Positions 37,171-51,440 of a stretch of DNA of 64,000 bases are shown one piece after another. Under the pieces are notes generated by a model that saw only the letters and a list, made by a program, of their open reading frames with translations, did not search any database and was not told where the DNA came from. The translations under genes and the position numbers were made by a program. The stretch's first letter is position 1, and each line of letters opens with the position of its first letter. Source of the DNA: Octopus vulgaris (lineage: Eukaryota); the NCBI GenBank assembly GCA_951406725.2, contig OX597832.1, positions 9,548,001 through 9,612,000 of the forward strand, in the 5' to 3' direction.

Positions 37171-37858
37171 ATATATTATTCATATAAATACAGTGTACAT
37201 TTAAACACATAATAGGTATCCGTCATAGGATTCCTTGCACGCTAGAAGGAACAGCAAATGTCCAAACCACTATTAGGGATGAAAACTCGAAGAGAATGTA
37301 AAATAAAAACTTTTTATCATCTATGTCCTGGACCATGGTTTCTGACTTTTTTTTAGCAAATATAATAAAATAATTTGCTAGGTGAAGTCATCATCAACAA
37401 GTACGCCTAGATTAAACATATAAGTACGAGGCAAATCGAGCCTAAAATCTTTATTTCCCTGATATTAATAATTGATAAATTTTTTCTGCAAAATTGTTCG
37501 AAGAAATGCCGCTATTTTTGATGTCGACAAAAAATAAAAAACTGCGCTTGCACGGTGGATTTGAGAAATTATAATGTATAAGCAGGAGGCACATGCTCGA
37601 TTTGTCTCGTACTTACATGTTTAATCTAGGCGTACCTGTTCATAAAGACTTCGCCTAGCAACTTATTTTATTTGCTAAAAAATGTCAGAAACGATGGTCC
37701 AGTAGATAGATGCCAACTGTTTTTATTTTTCATCCCCTTCTAGATTTTATCCCTAATACTGGTTTGGACTTTAGCTGTTCCTTCTAGCGTGCAAGGAATC
37801 CTGTGACGGATACCTCTTATATGTTTAAATGTACACTGTATTTATATGAATAATATAT
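37171..37858. mobile_element. Foldback/MITE-like element with ~270-bp inverted arms
   Basis: 37171-37441 is the imperfect reverse complement of 37595-37858; spacer about 155 bp. Confidence 0.85.
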
Positions 37859-40263
37859 CTTTCAAAGGATGCTTACATACATATATACGTACACACTCCA
37901 TAGTTTATAAGCTCAACCACTCCAGCTCCACATCGATTCCTACATTTAGGCTCCACTGGACCTTCTGTAGTTCGTCTTTTTCCATGTGGTTTCCTGAGGT
38001 GTATGTTAAAAGCAGAATAATGCTATCAATCTCTTTGCCAATGAGTACCTTCAAAATCCACATACATTCCTCTCTATCTTCTTAAAATCGCAGTGAAGTA
38101 TTGCGATGTATAAGTTGAACGTTCGGATCGGCCTCCTTTGAAATATTACAAGTATATTGGATAATATTGTTAGAATATATTTTATCTATTTGCTTCCCAA
38201 AAAAGGTCTGGAAATTTGCGGCGTTTTACATTATTCCGACAACCTTGACGTTAATTAGAATTTGTTAGATATAACAACATTCATAAATGTTGATATCTAA
38301 CAATGACAAAGCTTATATAGTGATTTTCAAATATATTGTGAGTTACAAATATTTGAAAAGTTTCAACATCAAACAAACTGTCACGGAAATATGCAGTATA
38401 TATTTGCTAGAGTTCGATTATTGCATATACCCATATAATACATTCATATATTCATGTACGATATAAGCTCAATATTTTTTTGCCAACAAAAGATTTGAAG
38501 GGAAACAAACAGTAAGCTAAATTCATTTAAACTGCATTCTCATTTTGTGACATAAACGGCTAAAATAAATTCATGTATATTCCATTATTGTTTACTTGTT
38601 ATTTAAGCACTGTTAAGAACATCAAAATATGTTATATTTGATGCATTTCGATATCTGTTTTATCACCCTCGATCTTATCGCACTCGGATGTTTCCCTTAT
38701 TTCGGGAGCTATTTCATACAATGGATATATCCTTTGGTAAACACCACTAAATAACTTAATCTACACATAAGTATCTGCTTTTTCCTGAGGAGTTACCAAA
38801 GAAAATAATTATAAATCTTCTGTCAGCTTGTGTAACATTTGCCAACCTGGGAATGATCTTTTAATTATACTTGTATATACTTTCTCAGTAATTATAAATA
38901 TATTACATACGAATAACGTCACTAGCATATCTAAAGTATATGCTCACTCCCCGTTACATGCTATGATTCCGGTTTTAATAAATTTATTTTGGAACCTAAT
39001 TTATTGTACTTCTGGCCCAAAAGTTCCATCTAATCTAATGCGATTCGCTCTAAAACGAATTTAATATTAATTGATTTTTTGGTTCATTTCATTAAGCACA
39101 TTTACACTCGCGTTACCTATTCACTACATGCAATCTTGTGTGAATGGATATGAACGCAAACATGATCTAAACGGGAATTCTATCCAACACAAAAAAACTA
39201 TGACGCATTTTCTAGTGTGAGAAATATGGCGCAGTTATTGGCTTTCAACTATTTTCTCACTAAGGTAATCGCCAGACTTTGTGGTCACTTTTCATTAAGC
39301 TCCTGGTTGCATTGTTTGTGTTGACTAAAAAAAAAATACAACAAAAGATATTGTGTTCCAAATTATGTCGAAATGAATGTATACATTTCTGTATTTAGAC
39401 TTTGGAAGCTCCGTACCATTTATTTTTTTCGTAATATATTTTATGGAAGATTGTGTGAATCTACAAATTCCCCGGAATTTTTGCAACTGTTATTTTAAGC
39501 ATGAAAAAATTTCATTTTGATAAGTGTCGAACCGTGAATCAAGATCACAATATATTCGCTGATATAGTGACAGTTGAAAATGAAATAATGCATATTGGCT
39601 TTCAGTCGAATGGAGTAAGAATGTTACTGTGCAAAATAGTAGTATTTTGCTCCATACTTCGGAATATTAAATAATCAGACACTGGGGAGTAAGAGACATC
39701 ATTTTTAAAAACGAAAATCAGAAATAAAATGAATAAATAGATAAATGTCAATGCGATTGTGCTATATAGTAGAAAATCTCATTTCAAAATTGTGCTTTGC
39801 CAAAAAAAAGAAAATGTACTTCTTAAAAACTAAAGAATTATGATAAAGTGTTATGTCTGGTAATAAATTTAATAGCCGAGAACAAAATATTCATGTTTTA
39901 TTTTTTTTCGTTATTTTGTTTGAAATGTTTTTTGGTTTGCTCTCTATTTTATATAGGAAAACTTTGGCTTTGAATATCTGTTCTAGTTCTAGAAACTGTC
40001 AACGTTAATTTGCGACGTAGAAAGATAACTGCTTCTAATGGTAAATGTGCTGCCAACAACAGAGAATAGTGTACTACGCAAAATCTTCCCGATTATCTGT
40101 ATCAACATAGAAACCCTTGGGGAGAAATTTTAGCGATAAGGTAAACTATCGTAGTACATATATATTTCATTCTGGCTTGACGTGAATGGCTGAGGCGAAA
40201 CGAATGATGCTCATAGCAGTTAAGACTAATGATTAGTATAATATAGCGATCAAAATGTAAATC

Positions 40264-40298
<35 letters not shown>

Positions 40299-41714
40299 TA
40301 AAAATAAAGTTTTCTTTATTAACCATTAAATGATAGCATAAAAACATGGATGCTACAGAACGATACTTAGTGGTATTTTATAAATTTGTCTATCATGTAA
40401 AATAACAGAAACAAAACCACAAAAATACAACAAATCAATAGATCAACAGAAGCCGGGGAATCTCATAGGGTTACACATAGAAACCGGTCGAAACCATGAC
40501 TATTCTAAGCAATAAAGCAAGTGTGCATTTGAAGCAGTTCTCCCTCAAACTATAGGTATATTCTTAGAGCTAGCTGTACATTCAGACCATGCTTACCACA
40601 CTATCTGACTTATCTGACTTTTTGTTTCAAGACTTTAAATGTGCATGAACAGTTTCTTCTTTGATCAAACATTAGAACATTCTTTCCTTTACTCTGATGA
40701 TAGTGTCATAATAATTACACACATATTAAGTAAAATGAACTACGCAATATAGTGTCGCACCTGTAAAGTAAAAAGGATTAAGAATTACGACGAATAAATA
40801 TATATCAAATACTTTAGAATATGAGTTTTCCATGAATTGAGATTGTGTTGCTTTTAAAAGATGAATAAAGACGTGGGAGAAACAATTTACAACCAACTAT
40901 ATATGAAAGAGGAGAAATAATCTCGAGAAACAAGAATTTGGGTTAATTTGAAAATTTGCAAGCCTTTACATAAAAGACGTACTGTAGATTTTCTCAACAA
41001 GAGGGAATGTATGTACATATTCTGTTTCTGTTGATGTTATGAGTATAGTAGATTTTGTATCTCGAAACGAAACGAGACACATAAAAATGATTAGAACACA
41101 TGTTGGCCAGGGGTGATTTTCTTAAAAGTGAAAACAGCGGTGGCCAACAGTCAGGGGCTGGTTTTCCTAAAACCGAAAAATCACTGTTGTGATTATGGTT
41201 ATTAAAGTCCATTTAAGTTATCTAAATATAGTCATTTGCACACACACACACATGAAACAGACACAGACCAATATACATACGTGTATATCCACATACATAT
41301 ACATGTATGCATATATTCAAGAAAGATTATATGAAACGGTTATTGATACAGTGACAATATTTGAAGGAAACCTTTCTAAATATAAATATTCATAAATAAA
41401 CAAAGAGTTCTTCAAATAAACGTATATTTGAAAAGAAAGCATTAGATTTTTGAGATGGAAGTTTTGGTATTATGTGTAACAATTTTCGGGGGTGGGTATT
41501 TCAAAAGCACTCCTAATGGGTTAAACTCTATAGAGAGAATTTTATATTTAGAGGCGTTGTTGGCTATCTCCAGTTTAGTTTTTAAATATTTAAATACATT
41601 TTAAATCGTTTTTAATATGATTAATTTGTAAAATAATTTTTTTCTCAAACCATAAATAACATGTATTGGATATGCATATTATTTCTGACATGCATGATCT
41701 AGAACTGGATCTAT

Positions 41715-42100
41715 CGGATTAATAATGATTTAAGCACAAGATCAACATTTTGAAAGGAAGAGGTCACGCGATACCATCTACCTTAGTTGATCCCTTCTAC
41801 TTCTATTTAATAATCTCGAAAGGGATGAAAGGTAATATTAACCTCGACGACATTTGATACCGTTCGAATCTGAGTCAGAGCAAGAAATGTGAATTCGTCT
41901 TTAGCTTATTGCTGATGTGAAATTTCATTGATAGTGACAATTTGCTGAGATTGACCCATGCTAGTGGACTGTATTTTATTGACAATGTGAGGGATCAAAG
42001 GCAAAGTTCACCTCCACGGCATTTGGACTCAGATGTAACAGATACGGAAGTTATACTGCTAAGCATTTTGCCGACGCGCTAACGATTCTACTAGCTTCCC
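41715..42100 (-). mobile_element. Two diverged SINE-C relics
   Basis: GGATGAAAGGTAATATTAACCTCGACG (about 41822) and CAAAGGCAAAGTTCACCTC...AAGCATTTTGCCGACGCGCTAACGATTCT (about 41996-42090). Confidence 0.6.
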
Positions 42101-42298
42101 ACTCTCATGAAATTTTGAAAATGGACGACAATATAAGTTTCCACCCTCTACTTTAGAAATGTAGAAAAATAAAAAAGATTGTTGTCATAGAATTTTCTAA
42201 ACTGTGTGTAGGGTGCATATGTTCAGGCCAGGAATATCAAATGGACAATGCCTGAAAAGTTTGGTAGTTTTTCCCTGTAGGCATATTCATATATGTTA

Positions 42299-43505
42299 TT
42301 AGATTGTTTCACATGAAATGTATTTGAAAGGTAACAATAAAATGTTTCAGAAATGTTAGAGAACTGATTCATTTAATTAAAATCTGATCCATTTTCATTT
42401 CTGACGTTTACCCAACGTTTCTTTGTCATATATTTCATCTTTAAAGAAGAATTCATCCTTTGCTGTGATAAACTGTCCGAATGCTTTAATTACCTGTTTT
42501 CTTTCTAAGTATATTTTATTGCTTATGAAAAGCTCAAAATGCTTAAGTGAAGATCAGTAGGAGAGAAATCAGGGGAATAGGGAGGATGTTATAAAATCTC
42601 ATAATTTAGGTTTTGCAACTTTTGGACCGTAGATTGAGGAGTGTGAGGACGTGCATTGTCGTGGAGCCAAATTGGGCCATCTCTATTCACTAGTCTTGGT
42701 TGCTTCTGTTTGGAATGTTCATGCATACAATCAATTTCCTGGCAGTACGATGTTGCTGTTCCGTTTTCCCTTGTTGCAAAAATAAATAATGAATAACACT
42801 CTTCGCAGACCACCATACAGGGGCCACTAACATTTTAGGGATCAATAGTGGGTTGGGGTAGTGTTTAGGTAGCTCTGCTGCATCCAATATCTGTCCATTT
42901 CTGCATCCATTTCTGATCACAATTAATGATTTGATGCAACAATTGTCTTTTTCTAGTCGAGAAAGCAATAAGAAACACACTTCGAGGCGCCTGTTATTTT
43001 GAATGTCGTTCAGTTGATGTGGCACAACCCTATCTTCTCTTTCTTCACTTTTCCAATTTTTTACAGGTGTCCAAAATCAGTTGTACGAGATGTTTGGAGT
43101 TCTGAAGAAAGCTTTCGAACCTTTGTTCTCGGATTTTGTTCAACTAAAGCATTTAATCTATCATGCCAAATAACTGAATAACATTGGTTTACTTTGAAGG
43201 CTATCATCTCCTGAGCAAGAGCTTTGGGACAGTTCAGATGTCAAAAAATCCATTACGAAAAGCCCGCTTCGTATTCCGTAGAGCTTCTGTGGCAGGCTGA
43301 CCCAGTTTGGACTCATACCGGAAAATCATTCTACATACTTTGGTTGATATCCTTTTCATAAGGTCAGTTGGTACAATTTTTTTATACCAATACTTTTGCG
43401 AAAGAAAAAGAGTCAAGATTAAATGGAAGGTATGCATAATTGAGTTTTTAAATGACTGATATAATAAGTAATTAAAAATGTGATATTTCACGTGTAACAA
43501 TCTAA
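42299..43505 (-). mobile_element. Full-length mariner transposon, transposase pseudogenised
   Basis: TIRs TA|TTAGATTGTT(T/A)CAC(A/G)TGAAAT at both ends with a TA duplication. Minus-strand motifs VPHQL, NCDQKW, WLHDNARPH and HPPYSPDFSPTD. About 1.2 kb with multiple frameshifts. Confidence 0.9.
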
Positions 43506-43516
43506 TATTTTATACA

Positions 43517-43912
43517 GGTGTAGGTGTGGCTGCGTGGCAAAAGGCTTGTTCCCAAACCACAGGTTCAGCGCCACTGCGTGGATCATGGTCGGGTGTCTTC
43601 TAATATATCCTCGGGCTGATCAATGACTTGAGAGTGGAATTCGTAGACGGAAACTAAAAGAATACTGTCGTATATATTTATGTGTGTGTGTGTGTGTGTG
43701 ACTTCGCGTCAGTGTTTGTCCTTCCACTGTCGCTAGATAACCGATGTTGTGTTTACGTCTCTAAAACTTAGATATTCGGTAAAAGCGACCGATAGAATAA
43801 TATTAGGCTTAGGACAGATAAGTCTTATATTCGATGTCTTCGACCAAAAACCATTTAACGCAGTGCTTAAGCATGGCCACAGTAAAATGACTGAAACAGG
43901 TAAACAAAGAAA
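43517..43912 (+). mobile_element. SINE-A, diverged full length
   Basis: GGTGTAGGTGTGGCTGCGTGG head, GTAGACGGAAACT and GCATGGCCACAGTAAAATGACTGAAACA tail. Confidence 0.8.
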
Positions 43913-43914
43913 GG

Positions 43915-43958
<44 letters not shown>

Positions 43959-44134
43959 CATATATTATCATTCATGCATAAGAATTTTACTATATGTATT
44001 TATGAAAGTATACCACACATTAGAGCTTAGCGAATAATATTACAGTTCTCAAGTCATTTGAGAATAGAGTACATTGCAAACGAAGTCTTATTTATGCATT
44101 TATTTCAGTTTTCTAATACAGAATGTATATATGG

Positions 44135-44460
<326 letters not shown>

Positions 44461-44966
44461 GCAGCTAGGTGGGTAGGTAGGTGGGTAGAATACGTCAGAA
44501 AATGAACTATTGGATCACAGTACACATATATCAAACATGGCCGTCGTTTACTGTTTGAGATATAAAAAGTAAAGAACATCGTCATTTCTAAGTAGGATGT
44601 TATAGCACCCTACTTAGCGTTCTGCTTAATGCAATTGTTCATCAAGGCGAAAATTATGCTCTGTTATTAGTATTCCATATATATTTAACAAGTGCATGGC
44701 ATTATCGATTCTGTATTGCCACTGACATGTTTATAGCATATTGAAATATCTACTTTTAAATAGTTCATTAACTCTCTGCGTTTGGCTATTTTAAGTGTTG
44801 AATAGTTCATCAGCTCTTGTACGTGGCAGCATTCAACCTTATAGTCACTGCTCTTTCTGGTTAATTAATCGCATCTCCTCTTGTGCTTATTCAAGAATGA
44901 AATGATAATTCTATTTGCAGACCTAAACTGACGTAATCATACCTGCCACAATTACAATTTGCATTT

Positions 44967-45395
44967 CATAACACCTGGAATTTGATCCAAGAGTTTGTAT
45001 ACGTTTTATTCTAATAAGAGGTGCATGTTTAAATATTCTGTTAATGATTATATTTATCTAAATACAGTATTGTTCGCTAAAACAAAGTGTTACTCCTATA
45101 CTCTCCTATACTCATAACACCTGGAATTTGATCCAATAGTTTGTAGGAGTTTTATTTCATAAGAGATGCATGTTTAAATATTCTGTTAATGATTATATTT
45201 ATCTAAATACAGTATTGTTCGCTACAGCAAAGGGTTACTCCTATACTCTCCTATACTCATAACACCTGGAATTTGATCCAAGAGTTTGTAGGAGTTTTAT
45301 TTCATAAGAGATGCATGTTTAAATATTCTGTTAATGATTATATTTATCTAAATACAGTATTGTTCGCTACAGCAAAGTGTTATTCCTATATTCTC
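44967..45395. repeat. 145-146-bp tandem repeat, about 3 copies
   Basis: CATAACACCTGGAATTTGATCCAA starts at 44967, 45113 and 45258. Confidence 0.92.
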
Positions 45396-45666
45396 TACAA
45401 AATATGGATAATATGAAGGCAGTATTAGTATCCCCCCCCCCCAAGGCAGTATGTGTTCATATACATGATAACGGATGAGATTACAATAAACTATATTTAA
45501 TTTTATTATAGCAAAGTTTCTTTATGTTTTCACTTATAATCTAATGATTAGATTTCCTTTATCTATTTCTGTTTTCTTTTTCGGCTTCCGTCTTCATTTC
45601 ATCACCTCATACATCATGATCCTTATGATAATCATCATCGTCATTGTAGTTCCCGTCGTCGTTGTC

Positions 45667-45732
<66 letters not shown>

Positions 45733-45749
45733 TTTGTTATTATTATTAT

Positions 45750-45950
45750 TCAGTAGTTTTATTTTTATAGCGTGCTTTTACTTCACTACCGAGCGCAGCT
45801 CTGTGTGCCTTGGGTATGTGCTGTGATTTGTTGTGATGGTTATTGTATGGGAAGTGTTCTGCGTAGGATGTGTGCAGTGCCTAGTAGTGCAATTTTCTGT
45901 ATGTTATATGTGTTTGTAAGTCCTGGTGTTTTTGTTATGTATTTGTCTGA
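45750..45950 (-). mobile_element. R4/Dong-like LINE 3' end inside (TTA)n
   Basis: Minus strand IQKIALLGTAHILRRTL followed by a short UTR that runs into (TAA)n. Confidence 0.75.
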
Positions 45951-45951
45951 A

Positions 45952-46015
<64 letters not shown>

Positions 46016-46300
46016 GAGTGAGAGAGCAGTGCATGCCATCACAGTGACACTGGGGTACAAATATACGAAGCCCATTATACCCATCATAACTACAATATGT
46101 GAGAAGTGTCCAGAGAAGGTAGAGGAGGAGTATACGGTGGTGAATGTCTTCCTCCGTCTTTCAGTGATTTTAATTCTTGGCCGTCTGCTGAATACCCGAA
46201 TACCTGTCTTTTTTATGACTAATATTGCGCGCTTATCTATGCCAAAATCCGTAACTATATAAAAAAAAATATGTGAAGAGAACATCTCCAGCAGCAACAA

Positions 46301-46524
46301 CCTATTTCTTTACTACCCACAATGGGCTAAACACAGAGGGGACAAACAAGGACAGACAAACGGTTTAAGTCGATTGCATCGACCCCAGTGCGTAACTGGT
46401 ACTTAATTTATCGACCCCGAAATGATGAAAGGCAAAGTCGACCTCGGCGGAATTTGAACTCAGAACGTAACGGCAGACGAAATACGGCTACGCATTTCGC
46501 CCGGCGTGTTAACGATTCTGCCAG
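46301..46524 (-). mobile_element. SINE-C, tail C1
   Basis: Near-identical to 24721-24953. Confidence 0.9.
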
Positions 46525-47663
46525 GCATAATCACATGACTTCGTGCTAGTGTGGAGTACCAACAAAAAATCCATGTCCCTCATTCACGAATAAAGGACAT
46601 CGAGAGATAGTGTGTTATCTTTGGTACAAGCACCATTAAAATACTTGAAACAAGAATGGTGTGAACGAATCGGGAAATGTCTAAAAAGATGTGGGAGATT
46701 TTTCTCCGAGAAACTCTTATGTAAAAGAAATGATTAGTCACATAAGGGGGTTCCAAAAGGAACCTCCTTACATTATGATGTTGAACCTGACCTACAGCGG
46801 CTTATTTCCAAGTTACCATGGTGGGTTTAACAGTAGGTTGTATGACTGTTAGTTGCCTGGGGTTACCGTAGAAGCAAGAATATGGCCTGCTCAACGGCCT
46901 CAGGTCACCAGCAATAGAAACTAGCAACCTTAGCAAAACCAAGATTTCCGACACATACGATCAAGCCACAATTTTCGACAATTCTGATACCTACACATCT
47001 CTTAATCACCTGGAACACCTCAGGTCCAGATCATATGAAATAACCTGAACCTGGGGTACTGACAATCCTGCAACAACCGGATCGTAGATTTTCTGTCCTA
47101 TATGTGAAAAATAGGGAAGTTGGCACGTTTAGAATTGTCTTTCTGTAGGCCACTTCAGACGTTTAGATATTTATCTTGAGACGTCTCGCTTTTAGTTCTA
47201 GTATGCAACTGGAACACCACCTTCGATACATACCTGGAGTAAATGGGGATAATCGATAGAAGAGGGAGCTGTAAAAGTTTTACAAACCTGCTTAGCCGCT
47301 TCTAATTTGCTGACAGATAACGATCGGATTTTCTGAATGCGCCGACGTGGAATTGTGCACACAATATTAGGTGTACCAGATCATATCTGGACTAGGTAAT
47401 CTATGGGCCTGAAGGTACAAATAACAGAATTTGCTCGCAATCCAAAGCTATCGGCTACACAGATCACAAATTTGTACTTTCTACGGCTGACCTAAATACA
47501 AACCATTAGTGGGGACCCAGATAGCGGTTGTTGAATGTGCCCTTCCAGACGCATCTGCAGTCACAGACCAGGTTAGCAAGTTAGTCCATAAGAAAGTGTC
47601 GTGTGTATAGGTCAACAACCGATGGTGGGTAACCCTGAAAAGGGCTATTATATTAGAGACAAT

Positions 47664-47960
47664 GAAGGCGCGTGGCTTAGTGGTTAGTGTATTCGGCAAA
47701 CGATTGTAACAATTCCCGGTGATGCGTTGTATGCTTGAGCACAACGCGTCGTTCTAGTTGTTCCAGTTAATTCATCTGGCCAAAATGAATGGTACTCATG
47801 TTTCAAAGGGCCAGCCTTGTGCCAATCTGTGTCTCGCTGAATCTCCTTCAGAAATATGTTAAGTTTACAAGTGTTCAGCCACTTGCACGTTGATTTAACC
47901 AGCTTGCTGTTCCGTTGATCGAATCAGCTGGAACTTTCTTTGTCGTAAGCGACAGTGCCA
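47664..47960 (+). mobile_element. Old SINE-B-related copy with alternative middle M2 and tail T1
   Basis: GGCGCGTGGCTTAGTGGTTAG head; TTGAGC...TCCAGT...AAAATGA middle; TTTCAAAGGGCCAGCCTTGT...GCTGTTCCGTTGATCG tail. Confidence 0.7.
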
Positions 47961-48559
47961 GCACAAGAAACAGGATTTAGTAAAGAAACAGTCTTAGAGA
48001 AATGTAGGATAGAGGGAGACCTAGTTATGAAGGAAGAATGAGCGCTTAGGAGTGGCACAGCGAATGACATACTGGTGGTGAGATTGGCTCTTGGATCAAT
48101 ATTTCAAGAAGGTTTCGATATCGTGTCACTAGAGCTAGATCATGTAGCTTTGTCCATAATATTTTGGTTTTTATCCTGAAATTTTCTTTAGAAACAAATT
48201 TTTCACTACAGGTTGCAAACCAATATTAACTGCCTATCAACAAGCGGAGCATAAAGAGCTTCTGAACATACATACAAATATACATACATACATACATACA
48301 TTCATGCATACATACATACATACATAAATACATACATACATACATAGATACATACACTCCAACACGCATTCATATGTATACATAGAAACTTGTGTCCCAG
48401 TGTAATGCTTAATGGACGTAACATACTTTATTAGTAGGTATGATGAATGAGATATTATTCAATATTCTATAAATGGCATATGTATCTTCTTTTAACCTTT
48501 TATGTTTCAGCCTTGAGGCTGCGATATATGTATAACGTGTATACATATATGTATGTATG

Positions 48560-50843
48560 TATATATGGTAAATTCGAGGAAGTTACGTCCTCATTAGGGA
48601 TTATGTAATCCAAGATATTCCACAGGTTGAATCCGTATCATATATACGTCATGTATATATGTTTAGGATTAATGAAACATATTCATATTGAGGGAAAACA
48701 AGTATAAGAAAATGGAGGATAAATGGATGTAATTACTGATTTCTTTGCATGATGTAGAAACATGACATTGTTGTACAAAAATTACAAATAAATTGGAAGT
48801 TGAAAGCTCAGAAAAGTCAAGAAAAACGTAAAAAGAACCTACATATATGTTTCTGTCAAAACCAATAAGGAGGTAAGAGTTTCCAAACATGTTGTTGAAT
48901 GTCAAAAACTTTCCACATTCATACTATATTCATACTACTTCTTCGGGGTTCAAAAAGTGCTAACTCCACTTCGGGAACCATTATATCTTTTTGAAGGAAG
49001 TCTGTAGTGATAGCAGGTTAAAGTTAAAAACTGTCTGTGTTTAGAGATTCTATTGATTGATAGGTTTTTAATACTTGAAGATATACTATATCCATATACA
49101 AAATTGCATGATTAGTAAACATATAAATGAATAAAAAAAATAAAAATAAAAAGTAATGAAATAAATAAATTTAATATAAGAAGAGGCTAAATTCTATGGA
49201 TGATTTTTATTGCATTAGTGGGAGACACATATGATTTAGGATTGATAGAAATTTGAAAGAAGCCGTTGTTATGCTTCACTAGTTAGGACCGTTATTGATT
49301 AGGGTATATCGGTGCATATTTCAATATAGTTGACGAGAGTATGAAAAAATAGGAAAATGTCAAGTATATAGTGGCTCATGCGTATTTAATTGAGCATATA
49401 TGCGGAGAAGATAAATAAAATAGATATCTAAATAAACATGCATATGAAGATTTGTATATCTGCGCACATAGACGCATGTGTATGAATAAACCTAAAAACA
49501 TTAACATAACCATAGGCATGCACATATATTAAAAAGTATTATATAAAAAAATTATATAAAATGATTCTTTTATATATATTCAGGCGTATGAATATGGATA
49601 CAGAAACAAACACACTTATATAGATAGGGAGAAGGACAAGGAATAGCGGAGAAGTGGGGGTGCTTTATAGGGAATAAACAAGGAGGGGTGGGTATGTTCT
49701 AATGCGTCTTTAGTTTAAAGGTAGATTATTAGGCTAAGTAAATTGTAGATGCTTAAAAACCAAGTTAGATTAAATGTTAGTAATACTAGGCGGTAGGAAG
49801 ACCTATGGAGGACAGATTAGCCAAAAATAGACGAAAAAGGAAAATACGGTTGTTAATAATCTATAAATTACTTATGTATGAGATTATCGTACACGTATTC
49901 GATATAAATAAAAATAGAAATCGACGTTATGTAACAGCGGTAAATAGTAAGAAAGAAGGATGACAAGATATCGAGGTTCCCATTACGAAATTAGTTACTA
50001 TAAGGAAGCTGTTTTGGGCAGGTGTGATGTTAATATTCTATAAAACCGATAAAGACAAATAAGTATAAGAATACTGTGATTAGATTGTCAATATATTGTG
50101 AAAAAGGGTCGGTAAGCACCAGTTTTTTTTGGATATATATAAAAAAGAAAGTTTAAGTTTGCCACGTACGCAAACAACCAGGAACATTTTATATATAAAA
50201 ATGGAAGGTATTGGGTTTAGAAATGAAAAGTGGTGTCTAGGTTGTGAAGTTTGAATGACTAAAGTAGTGAATATAAGTATAAATTATGTCCAAGATACAT
50301 CAGAGAACAGAAAGGGATGCTTTCATGTGTGCACCGTATAGGAAAATTTTTAGGTTGAAACTTGCATAATAAGAAAATAAACAAGTACAAACAGCGATTT
50401 TTAAAACAAAATTGCTAGAGGTACGTGTATAATTATTTAGGATGTCAGAAAAAAACTTAACCCAAAAAACAAATGTACCAGGCTTCATGAGGAACGTAAG
50501 TTTTACATCTATAAATTTAGGATCAATAACATAAACAGAAAGATGAAAAGATGAATGAAGTATTTGGATATTGATACAACATAAAATATATATGATGGGT
50601 GATAGATTGAAGTTATTTTAAACGGTGTGATATATGACAGATATGTCTTACTTATGGACCGTTTATTTATTAGGGTACGTGTGCAGATATTTAAGAAGAT
50701 ATTTAAAATTTAGTTGTGAAATTAAAGACAGATATGAAATCTATGCGGGTATCTCGATGTGCTTCGGCAATATTCACATATAGAAGCGGAGACAAGTATG
50801 CAGGCATGGATAAGTATATACAACATCTATACACGTACACCCA

Positions 50844-50909
<66 letters not shown>

Positions 50910-51440
50910 GGATACTTACGCATACACACACAACTCCACAAAAGGGCACGCCCTGAGTTAAGGTGTGTATCTGATATATATATATATATATGTGTGTGTG
51001 TGTATATATATGTATATATACACATATAGATATTGCAATATATAGAGTAAGAAGAAATAATCAAGTAGAGTATGGTGAGGGGAAAAAGTTCCAAAAGATA
51101 TGAGAAAAGGTGGGGCATTCATTTAATATGCATCTAAATTTTTGATGGAGTAGTGGATTAGTTGATTTAATAGTAAATCAGTGGATTGTTCAGAAAAGTG
51201 TATAGGCGTGTCTATTTAATGAGTGTTTATGAGGATGCTAAAAACAGGGAAAGTATATAATATTTGCACGGGTTTATGAGGAATGTAAGGTTTTTATCGT
51301 TAAATTTAGGATAAAAAATCGTGTTATAGAGAAAAATACAAATGTCATACTTCGTAGATAATAAATGATAGATATTATATATAAATACGATTAAAAGGTA
51401 AAAATATCATATATGATTGATGTAGAGATTACATAAAGGT
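48560..51440 (-). repeat. Probable downstream/partial-tandem portion of the Penelope-like element
   Basis: Contiguous with the PLE ORF and has the same strand bias. Internal degenerate repeats (50470-50525 vs 51262-51312; 49285-49320 vs 50655-50690). Ends near a CTAATGA-GGA...TCC-TCGAA hammerhead-like relic (48572-48598). Confidence 0.4.

Noticed and set aside
44967-45395. CRISPR-like periodicity
   Set aside because: The whole unit repeats with no unique spacers, the context is eukaryotic, and there are no cas genes.
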